64,000 nucleotides of DNA from Eledone cirrhosa (Eukaryota), in assembly GCA_964016885.1 (NCBI GenBank), contig OZ024758.1, forward strand, positions 13,888,001 to 13,952,000. The letters are read 5' to 3'. This document shows positions 53,284 through 64,000 of the stretch, piece after piece (position 1 is the stretch's first letter; each line of letters opens with the position of its first letter). The translations under genes were made by a program, and so were the position numbers. The notes beneath the pieces were generated by a model that was given only the letters and a program-made list of their open reading frames with translations, was not told the origin of the DNA and did no database searches.

Positions 53284-55180
53284 GTGTGTAGGAAATAAAA
53301 AGGAAATAAATGATAGATCGTTGATTGACTTTAAAATATTTGTAGATAGTTGTTGTTGTTGCATCATCCCCTCCCCCTCTCTCTAAATTTAACAACAACA
53401 ACAACTGTAACAACAATATCAACTGAATTTCTACCATTTAAAAAACATAGCTAACAATGTTTTGTTTTTTACACTTCTTCAAAACAGACAGAAAAGTTCT
53501 CATTTTGGATTTGGTTGGGGGGGGGGGGCATGGTGTGGAGGAGGTTGTTTATGATGATGTTGACGGCGGTGGTGAGGATGGTTGTGGTGGTGAGGATAAT
53601 GGCGGTGGTGGTGTTGATGATGGTAGCAATGATATGGTGGTGATGGTGGTGGTGGTGTTGATGATGGTAGCAATGATATGGTGGTGATGGTGGTGGTGGT
53701 GTTGATGATGGTAGCAATGATGGGGTGGTGGTGCTGGTGGTGATGGTGATGGTGGTGATGGTGTTGACGGCGGCGGTGTTGATGATGGTAGCAATGATGG
53801 GGTGGTGGTGCTGGTGGTGGTGAGGTAGGTGGAGGTAGGATGTGGTGAAGAGAAAAATAAATATTATTATTAAAGAAATGTTTCAAAAGATGAAAAGGAG
53901 ATAGATAGAAATAAGTGGTTAATAACAGGTGAATGGAGGCAGGGGGTGGGGACAAAATAAGAGAGAGAGAGGAGGGGCACAAACAAAAGAGATAGGGAGA
54001 GTAGTGAGGCCCAAACGAGAGGAGAGAGAGGGGGGCACAAATGAGTGAGAGAGAGAGTGAGAAGGGAGACCCCAAACGAGAGAGAGGGGGACATAAATGA
54101 GTGAGAGAGAGAATGAGGAGGGAGACCCAAACGAGAGAGAGGAGGACACAAATGAGTGACAGAGAGAGAGAAATGACAGTCCCAAACAAGAGAGGGAGAG
54201 AGAGAGAGAGAGAAAGAAAGTAAGAAAGGATTGAAGAAAGAAAGAAAGAGAGAGAGAGAGAAAGAAAAAAAGGGAATAAAGAAAGAAAGAATTCTGTGAA
54301 ATTTGGTGGAGAAAAAACAATTGTTTTCATTCTTTAATTTTTCTTTAATTTTATTTTTGTTTAATTTCTTCTCAATGTCATCATCATCATCACCATCACC
54401 ACCATCACCACCATCATCATCATCATCACCACCACCACCATCATCATCATCACCATCATCATCATCACCACCATCTTCAACATCATCATCACCACCACCA
54501 CCATCTTCAACATCATCATCATCACCACCATCATCATCATCATCATCATCATCATCACCACCATCATCACCACCACCACCATCTTCATCATCATCATCAT
54601 CACCACCATCTTCATCATCACCACCACCACCACCACCACCACCATCTTCATCATCATCACCACCATCTTCATCATCACCATCACCATCACCACCATCATC
54701 ACCATCATCATCATCATCGTATAGTTACTAGTTTCATTCCTCTTAGCTATTAGAAGAGATAGAGAGAGATAGAAAGTTATTCTTTTTCTTCTTCTTTGCC
54801 TTCGCCTTCTTCTTCTTTTTCTTATTCTTCTTTGCCGTCTTCACCTTCTTCTAATCTCCCCCCCCCCCACACACACACATGTCTTCTAGCCGCCATCATT
54901 GCATCTATAGCGTCGGACAACATGCTTTGTGGCAGATAGTTATGTCCTGCCAGCCGAGGTTAACTTTGCCTTTCAGCCTTACATGGGTCGATCAAATAAA
55001 AGTACCAGTCACGCACTGGGGTCGATTTTATCGACTTTCCCCTCCCCCCAAAATTGCTGGCCTTGTGCCCATATAAGAAACCATTATTATTATTATTATT
55101 ATTATTATCAAAATAACAATTATCAAAATATTATCAAAATAACAATGAAATGCAAACAACTTATTATTATTATCAAAATA

Positions 55181-55560
55181 GGGCGGTGGATTGGCAGTAT
55201 CGGTAGAGGGTTGGACGCCATGCTTTCCAGCATAGTTATGTCCCTTTACGATCTGAGTTCAAATCCCGCCGAGGTTGACTTTGCCTTTCATCCTTACGGG
55301 GTCGATAAAATAAAGTACCAGTAATGTACTGGGTAATTGCTGGCCTTGTGCCTAAAGTAGAAACAATTATTATCAAAATAACAATGAAACAAATTATTAT
55401 TATTATCAAAATAACAATGAAACAAATTATTATTATTATCAAAATAACAATGAAACAAATTATTATTATTATCAAAATAACAATGAAACAAATTATTATT
55501 ATTATCAAAATAACAATGAAACAAATTATTATTATTATCAAAATAACAATGAAATGCAAA
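55181..55560 (+). mobile_element. Family M SINE followed by about 6 copies of a 33-bp repeat of its target sequence
   Basis: SINE 55181-55367, then unit ATTATTATTATTATCAAAATAACAATGAAACAA, which is also present upstream of the SINE. Confidence 0.85.
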
Positions 55561-56094
55561 CAACAGAGTTCCCCAATAGGGGGGGGGGGATAACCACCCC
55601 AGAGGCGACTCGGGTATTCGACCAATCCTGAGCCACTCAATGCTTCAAGGGGAACCCAGGAAGGGTACCCCTCTTGTCCTCAAGTTAGCCAGCCTACAGG
55701 CCCATGCTGGAGCAGGCCCATCATTATAGGCCACACTCGCCAACTTTGTCCACTTTATTAATAAGAAAAGTTTGAAATTAATGCATGCAAGATTTCACAT
55801 CTCTAGCATCGCTCCTTCATAGTCAGCCTATGAACTTCTCAGGCCCCCACCCTCAAAACTTGTCATTGTAATGTTCCCCCTAATTTGCTACCCTTGAGGA
55901 AAATATTAGAAATCAATAGTAATTATTTTTTTTTAATGTCTTTTTTTTTTTTTTCCCTCGTTGGAAAAAAACGTCTGGTTTTCATTTCCTGGAAATGGAT
56001 GGAGAATGGAATAAATAGGGGAATAATTATACTGTTATTGAGTAATAAATAGACGTATATATACATGTATATATGTATATATATATATATATTA

Positions 56095-56144
<50 letters not shown>

Positions 56145-56360
56145 TGAAGGCGCATGGCTTAGTGGTTAGAGCATTGGGCTTGCAATCGAAAGGTTGCGAG
56201 TTCAATTCTCGCACCGGGTGATGTGTTGTTTCCTTGAGCAAGACACTTTATTTCACGTTGCTCCAGTTTACTCAGCTGTAGAAATGAGATGAAGAGGTAC
56301 CAGCCTGCCCACCCAGCCAGTGGGATGACGTTATCTTATGGCTAAAACAACATGACGTGC
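56145..56360 (+). mobile_element. CORE-type SINE
   Basis: GAAGGCGCATGGCTTAGTGG...GAGTTCAATTC...CCTTGAGCAAGACACTT. Confidence 0.85.
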
Positions 56361-56369
56361 TGTATATAT

Positions 56370-56514
56370 ATGTTGATTTAAAACTTCACTATTCACAAGT
56401 GTTTTTTAACTTTCATATCATGCATCCCTATTTTATCTGATGAAAACGCAGATACCATCCCATGATGATATTTGTTTTTGAAATAAAATACTTCTTTTAA
56501 TCATCTTTTGATCT

Positions 56515-56522
<8 letters not shown>
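56370..56522 (+). mobile_element. Second family D copy with a degenerate HHR (helix III deleted)
   Basis: Homologous to 19520-19687. CUGAUGA at 56437-56443 and GAAA at 56480-56483. Confidence 0.7.
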
Positions 56523-56550
<28 letters not shown>

Positions 56551-56556
<6 letters not shown>

Positions 56557-57081
56557 TTCTTTAAGTCGTTTGGAAGCCTCGACATTGCAAATGGGTAAAT
56601 CTCCGGGTAACAAGATCCGGTGGTGGAGAGAGAGATGTAAGTGGGTGTACGTTGAGATGCGTGGCGTGTATAAGACGTGTAGAGGAATGAAGGAAAGAGG
56701 ATAAAATAAAAATAACAACACGAGAGAGAGTTACCTTGGGAGAGATTTAATTGTCCCTATATATTTCGGATTCACATCCATCAACTGGGGTTTTTTTCCG
56801 GGGTGGGGGAAAGGTTGTCTGTCGGAAAGGTGCTAAATGCGTCCTCCCAAGGTAACTCTCTCTTCTGTTGTTATTTTTATTTTATCCTTTATGCTCTTTC
56901 CTTCATTCCTCTACACGTTACAGTCTTATACACGCCATGCATCTCAACGTACACCCACTTACATCTCTCTCTCCACCACCGGATTTTACCCGGAGATTTA
57001 CCCATTTGCATTGTCGAGGCTTCCAAGCGACTTAAAGAAATTTATCTTATTATTCCACAATGCTTCAAGCAAACTTCAATA

Positions 57082-57086
<5 letters not shown>
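56551..57086 (+). mobile_element. Penelope-like fold-back insert, family H, in (TA)n
   Basis: About 190-200-bp arms 56551-56742 and 56844-57045 and a ~40-bp tail. A degenerate HHR lies on the minus strand of the spacer (56755-56790). Confidence 0.75.
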
Positions 57087-57134
<48 letters not shown>

Positions 57135-57301
57135 GTGTGTGTATATATGTCTATTTATTACTCGTGGAGAATGGAATGAAGAAATAGATAGGGGAATAAT
57201 TATAGAGCTATTGAGTAATAATTAGATTTATATACACATGTATATATATATATATATATATACATCTATATATGTATGCATATGTATAGATTTATATACA
57301 C

Positions 57302-57334
<33 letters not shown>

Positions 57335-57725
57335 CATGTATATATGTATGCATTTTTGTATATATGTGAGTATATATATATATATATATAGATAGACAGG
57401 GTAATATATATAGAGTAATAATTAGGACTTATATACACACATATATATATAGATATATATATACATGTATTTGTATATGTATGTGTGTATGTGTTTGTAT
57501 ATGCATGTCTGTATGTATGTGAGTGTGTATGTATATATATATATATTTAATTATAGATAGATAGGGTAATATATATATATAGAGTAATAACTACAGTGTT
57601 ATTGAGTAATAAATAGATTTATACACACACATATATATATGCATGTATGTGTGTGTGTATATATATATGTGATTATATATATAATATAATTATTTATTTA
57701 TATATATATGTATGAGTAATATATT

Positions 57726-57756
<31 letters not shown>

Positions 57757-57884
57757 GTTTTTCTCTCAGCTTATTTGTCCTCCATTATTGAGGAACACAA
57801 ACAACACATTATATACATATTACATATATATATATATATTTGTGTAAACGCTGATGTACACACGCATATATATGTATGTGTGTG

Positions 57885-57937
<53 letters not shown>

Positions 57938-58427
57938 GTGTGTGTGTGTATGGCTCATTAGACCCTATCAGAAGTTTCTCATGTATTAACTGTAACCAGT
58001 CATATGTAAGATAATATAACATTGTACATGTAATAGAACATTGTTCTTGGTAGATTGTGACAATAGTTTACATTGTGGGAGGGGGGGGGGATGAGGAGGG
58101 GGAGACGGTGGGAGGAAGGGAGGGAGAAGAGAAGGAGGGGGAAATATGTTCTTTGGATTAAAATTAGAATAGTTTTCCAATTGCAAAGACAATGGTAAAA
58201 GAATGGAATTTAAAAGTTATTAAATATCCTGTGTGTATATATATATATATATATATAAATATATATATATATTATATATATATAAATATATATATAAATA
58301 TATATATATATTATATATATATAAATATATATATATATATTTATATTTATAAACACCGCGGGTCCAACAACTGCCTCATATCTTCCAGAAAACTATGTTT
58401 CTTTTGCTTCACTTACAGTAGAATACA

Positions 58428-58458
<31 letters not shown>

Positions 58459-58781
58459 CGCATACACTGATATATATACATCACATACACATATACTCAC
58501 GTGCACACACACATACACATACATTCATTCATGTATACATACATCACTCACATACACACATACATACACTCACACACATATGCAACTCCAATATTGCCTG
58601 CAGATGCAAACTGTTTGGAATAATGTGTATATTATGTAATTATATATATATATATATATAATATACATACATATATACATACTCTTTTGTATATATAAGT
58701 ACATTTTCTTCAATTCGATATAACCAATTGAATATATATATAATTGTATAATGGTATCTCTCTCCCTCTATATATATATAT

Positions 58782-59455
58782 CATCATCATCATCATTTAA
58801 CGTCCATCTTCCACGCTTGCATGGGTTTGGACGGGAATTTTCCCACTTGAGGCAAGATTGGTTGTCCTGCTCGTATAGGAATGTCTGGCGGGTTTTCTAC
58901 GGCTGGATGCCCTTCCTAACACCAACCACGTTTACAGTGTGGACTGGGAGGTTTTTACCGTGTTACCTACACGGCCACATTACAGCGTGGACTGTGTGTT
59001 TTTTTGTTGTGACACCTACACGACCTCATTTGTTTCGGCCTGGATGTTGCGGTACCAACATAACTTTACATTGAAAGGGGTAGTGGGACGGGGGTGTATT
59101 TTTGTTGGAGGTGCCTACTGAGTGTAGGTTTTGCTTTGTACTTAGGCAAGCTGGGTCTTCTGTATTACTGTGTAGCGCCAAAGATCTCGGTCCAGTGACA
59201 TTGTCTTGGAGAGGTGTAATATATATATATATATAATCATCATCATCGTTTAACGTCTATCTTCCACACTAGCATGGGTTAGACAGGAATTGTCCCATTT
59301 GAGGCAAGATTGGTCAGGTGACCGTGTCTCGTTCGTATAGGACTATCTGGCAGGTTTTCTACGGCTGGATGCCCTTCCTAACACCAACCACATTTACAGT
59401 GTGGAATGGGAGCTTTTACCGTGTTACCTACATGGCCACATTACAGCGTGGACTG
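58782..59455 (-). mobile_element. Two diverged (GAT)n-tailed retroposon copies
   Basis: GGCTGGATGCCCTTCCTAACACCAACC cores at about 58901 and 59363. Confidence 0.7.
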
Positions 59456-59463
59456 TTTTTTTT

Positions 59464-59499
<36 letters not shown>

Positions 59500-59595
59500 T
59501 TATATATATGCAAAAGGCAAACAGAAATAACAAAGAAAACAACACAGTACAATGAAGAAATATGTTATTAGTTTTACGCTATAGTAGGAAAAGAA

Positions 59596-59631
59596 TCTTA
59601 ATGTTTCGTATGCTAGTCCTTCATCAGAAGA
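59596..59631 (-). ncRNA. Degenerate hammerhead motif (family A)
   Basis: UCUU-CUGAUGA-A-GGAC-uagc-AUAC-GAA-ACAU-U-AAGA, three substitutions from 4453-4488. Confidence 0.6.
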
Positions 59632-59699
59632 AAGAATGAAAAGTTGTATTCAAAAGTAGCTGGGTTATAGGAGATATTCGCTACTATATCCTTACACTG

Positions 59700-60663
59700 A
59701 GGTAATTGCTGGCCTTGTGCCAAAAGTAGAAACAATTATTACAACCGGTGGCTTGCCATTCATCCTTGTAGGGTCGATAAAGTACCAGTAAAGTACTGGG
59801 GTCGATTTAATCGACTTTCCCTTTCCCTGGCCTTGTGCCTAAATCAGTATTCATTATTAAACTGGCAAGGGTGGTTGATTGGCAGTATCGGTAGAGGTTT
59901 GGACGCCATGCTTTCTAGCATAGAGTTACGTCCCTTTATGATCTGAGTTCAAATCCCGCCGAGGTTAACTTTGCCTTTCATCCTTATGGGGTCGATAAAA
60001 TAAAGTACCAGTAATGTGCTGGTAATTGCTGGCGTTGTGCCTAAAGTAGAAACAATTATTAAACTGGCATTTTGAACAAAACCTAATTAAAAGGTTCCTA
60101 GATAAATTTATGATAAAAAACCTTAATTTAAATATGAACATTTTAAAATTAAAGGTTTCGAATCATAGAATCACAAAAGAAAAATGTTTTTAGATAGGTT
60201 GATAATTTCAAAGGTTTGTTAACAGTTAATGATACCTTATTGTTTATTCCAGTGCAACTGTTGCATTATTCTGCATCATATCTGCTAGATATTTCACACC
60301 AGTGCAGTTGTTGCACCGACTGATACTTCATTGTGTTCATTATATAATCAAAATAATATTTAATTTCTCTTTAGCTTCTTATTTTATTGTTTCACGTCAT
60401 GCCTGGGATCTTAACCCTGTCTTTTAGTACTTCTATGATTCCATGTTGTTATTATCTGCTACACTGCTACACAAAAGGCGGTGGATTGGCAGAATCGGTA
60501 GAGTGTCAGACACCATGATTTGCGGCATAGAGTTACGGCCCTTTGCGTTCTGAGTTCAAATCCCGCCGAGGTTTGCTTTGTCTTTCATCCTTACGGAGCC
60601 GATAAAATAAAGTACCAGTAATGCACTGGAATAATTGCTGGCCTTGTGCCAAAAGTAGAAACA
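59700..60663 (+). mobile_element. Cluster of family M SINE copies (about 59700-59850, 59869-60058, 60477-60663)
   Basis: Consensus matches; TSD ATTATTAAACTGGCA around the middle copy. Confidence 0.8.
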
Positions 60664-60735
60664 AACAATTATGATCTGCTACACATGACTAAATATTTAA
60701 ATACATGAGTGTGTGTGTGTGTGTGTGTGTAACAT

Positions 60736-60770
<35 letters not shown>

Positions 60771-61057
60771 CACACACATTATATATATATATATATGTGG
60801 TCGTGGAGGTGCCACGGCAAAAAAAAAGCACCCAGCCCACACTGTAAAGTGGACGTATAGGCGCCACGAAAAAGCACCCAGCACTCACTGTAAATGAGGT
60901 TGGTGTTAGGAAGGGCATCCAGCTGTAGAAATCAAGCCAGATCAGTTCCTGTATGAGCCGACCAGACACTGCCCACAACAGGACAACCCGTCTAACCCAT
61001 GCTAGCGTGGAAGAACGGACGTAAAACGGTGATGATGATGATGATGATGATATATAT

Positions 61058-61252
61058 ATAGGAACGAGTAGGACCCCGACGGCTGAGCTCAAGACGTTTC
61101 GACGGCTAATTCTAGTCCAGAATTAGCCGTCGAAACGGCTTGAGCTCAGCCGTCGGGGTCCTACTCGTTCCTATTACCCACTCTACTACCCTAAGTATTG
61201 AGTACTTTGGTGCGTTATGGTCCACCTGGTTCCTTACCACATTTCCTTCATT
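61058..61252 (+). mobile_element. Penelope-like fold-back insert, family I, with 3' half-hammerhead
   Basis: 56-bp arms 61058-61113 and 61119-61174 (1 mismatch). GAAA-CGGCU-ugagcuc-AGCCG-UC-GGGGUCC; 78-bp tail. Confidence 0.75.
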
Positions 61253-61475
61253 CATTTCATTTCATTTCATTTTTACGTCCGCTTTTCCCTGCTTGCAAGG
61301 GTGGGACGGGAACTGATTCTGGCTTGATTTCTACAGCTGGATGCCCTTCCTAACACCAACCTCATTTACAGTGAGTGCTGGGTGCTTTTTTGCCGTGGCA
61401 CCTCCACGACCACTTTGCAGTGGAATGATAGGGACCTCAGTCCCTATCATCTCATTTCTACAGCTGAGTAAACTG
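61253..61475 (-). mobile_element. 5'-truncated composite CORE-type SINE
   Basis: Reverse complement of the 3' part of 41733-42060. Confidence 0.85.
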
Positions 61476-61483
61476 AGTAAAAT

Positions 61484-61532
<49 letters not shown>

Positions 61533-62420
61533 GAACACAGAGGAACCAAATTGCCACTGCCACACACACACTCACACATGCAGACACACGCATACAAATA
61601 CATACACCTATATCCTACCTATATAAACACACACACAAACACACACACACACATACACACACCCACACCTACACACACACACACATACACATACACACAC
61701 ACACACACTTATATTTGTCACCCTCATCACATCCGTATTGCCTCTCATCTGATATCACAACATTGTTGTCACATGACCTCCATTAAATTCAGCCATTCTT
61801 TGTCCTCTCCCTCTTTCTTTCTTCCTCCCACTTCTCCTCATCTTCCTCCAACTTCTTCCCTTCTTCCTCCTGCTTCTCTTCCTCCTCTACCTCCTATCTT
61901 CTACTCTTCCACCTCCCCCTACTTCTCTTACTCCTTCCTCCTCCTACTTACTCCCCCCCCCCAACTTCTCTTCTTCCCCTAGACTTCTTTCTCCATCCCC
62001 TTCCTCTCTTTCTTTCCTCCTCCTCCACTCCCCACCCCCTTCCTCTCTTTCCTCCTCCTCTCCTTCCCATCCTCTCCTTCCTCCCCGTCTCCTACTTCTA
62101 TACTTCCTTCACTTACTTCTCCCCTCCTCTCCTCCTCCTATTATATTACAGACCTTACCTGTGTTTCTTTGTTCATTGGTTTACCTAATGTCCCCTCCGT
62201 ACCAAGGACCCCCTGCCCCCCCCCCCTATTGATTCATGGCGGGGGGGGGGGGGGGGAGTCAGTAGAAGGGAGGAGGAGATACCCCCACCCCTGTCTGTTT
62301 ATATTAAACTGAATACCTTCCTTTGTTAAACTTCATGACTGAACCTTCTGCCAGGTATTATTGCAGCCAATGTCACCATGACCTGCCTAATCAGGTGTCT
62401 GCTACTTTTCCCAAAACTGT

Positions 62421-64000
62421 TTAACCCTTTAGCATTTACATTACTCTATATATATACTATTGTATTTTCACAGTAAAGTCTTTACCTCACATAATATCTC
62501 ACATAGCATTTACATTACTCTATATATACTGTTGTATTTTCACAGTAAAGTCTTTACCTCACATAATATCTCACATAACATTTACATTACTCTATATATA
62601 CTATTGTATTTTCACAGTAAAGTCTTTACCTCACATAATATCTCACATAACATTTACATTACTCTATATATACTATTGTATTTTCACAGTAAAGTCTTTA
62701 CCTCACATAATATCTCGCATAACATTTACATTACTCTATATATACTATTGTATTTTCACAGTAAAGTCTTTACCTCACATAATATCTCGCATAACATTTA
62801 CATTACTCTATATATACTATTGTATTTTCACAGTAAAGTCTTTACCTCACATAATATCTCACATAACATTTACATTACTCTATATATACTATTGTATTTT
62901 CACAGTAAAGTCTTTACCTCACATAATATCTCGCATAACATTTACATTACTCTATATATACTATTGTATTTTCACGGTAAAGTCTTTACCTCACATAATA
63001 TCTCACATAACATTTACATTACTCTATATATACTATTGTATTTTCACAGTAAAGTCTTTACCTCACATAATATCTCACATAACATTTACATTACTCTATA
63101 TATACTATTGTATTTTCACGGTAAAGGCTTTACCTCACATAATATCTCACATAACATTTACATTACTCTATATATACTATTGTATTTTCACAGTAAAGGC
63201 CTTTACCTCACATATTATCTCACATAACATTTACATTACTCTATATATACTATTGTATTTTCACAGTAAAGTCTTTACCTCACATAATATCTCACATAAC
63301 ATTTACATTACTCTATATATACTATTGTATTTTCACAGTAAAGTCTTTACCTCACATAATATCTCACATAACATTTACATTACTCTATATATACTATTGT
63401 ATTTTCACAGTAAAGTCTTTACCTCACATAATATCTCACATAACATTTACATTACTCTATATATACTATTGTATTTTCACAGTAAAGTCTTTACCTCACA
63501 TAATACCTCACATGACATTTACATTACTCTATATATACTATTGTATTTTCACAGTAAAGTCTTTACCTCACATAATATCTCACATAACATTTACATTACT
63601 CTATATATACTATTGTATTTTCACAGAAAAGTCTTTACCTCACATAATATCTCACATAACATTTACATTACTCTATATATACTATTGTATTTTCACAGTA
63701 AAGTCTTTACCTCACATAATATCTCACATAACATTTACATTACTCTATATATACTATTGTATTTTCACAGTAAAGTCTTTACCTCACATAATACCTCACA
63801 TAACATTTACATTACTCTATATATACTATTGTATTTTCACAGTAAAGTCTTTACCTCACATAATATCTCACATAACATTTACATTACTCTATATATACTA
63901 TTGTATTTTCACAGTAAAGTCTTTACCTCACATAATACCTCACATAACATTTACATTACTCTATATATACTATTGTATTTTCACAGTAAAGTCTTTACCT
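62421..64000 (+). repeat. 72-bp satellite (about 22 or more copies, runs off the window) starting at a piggyBac-like MITE terminus
   Basis: TTAA-CCCTTTAGCATTTA, then unit CATTTACATTACTCTATATATACTATTGTATTTTCACAGTAAAGTCTTTACCTCACATAATATCTCACATAA. Confidence 0.95.

Overview
This is repeat-dominated, AT-rich animal DNA, intronic or intergenic. The mix of (TA)n/(CA)n microsatellites with CORE-type and Meta-type tRNA-derived SINEs suggests an octopus or other cephalopod (inference). None of the supplied long ORFs is credible; all are read-throughs of simple or tandem repeats. The only gene-like signal is one 47-bp candidate internal exon (12698-12744, +). The window also holds two SINE families, RTE-LINE 3' fragments, piggyBac/hAT/Tc1-mariner MITEs and several minisatellites, some of which grew inside mobile elements. 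The main hidden signal is a dense set of short, non-coding inserts within (TA)n tracts that carry minimal type I hammerhead-ribozyme (HHR) motifs: stem I-CUGANGA-stem II-GAAA-palindromic loop-UH-stem I. I count about nine unrelated sequence families and roughly 17 complete, degenerate or partial motifs. Several inserts are fold-backs: an inverted copy, a direct copy and an unpaired 3' tail, which is the architecture of Penelope-like retroelement termini. Notable variants are a compensatory U3-A8 core, a ~100-nt stem II, and a family repeatedly cut within stem II. All structures were read by eye and are not computationally or experimentally validated.
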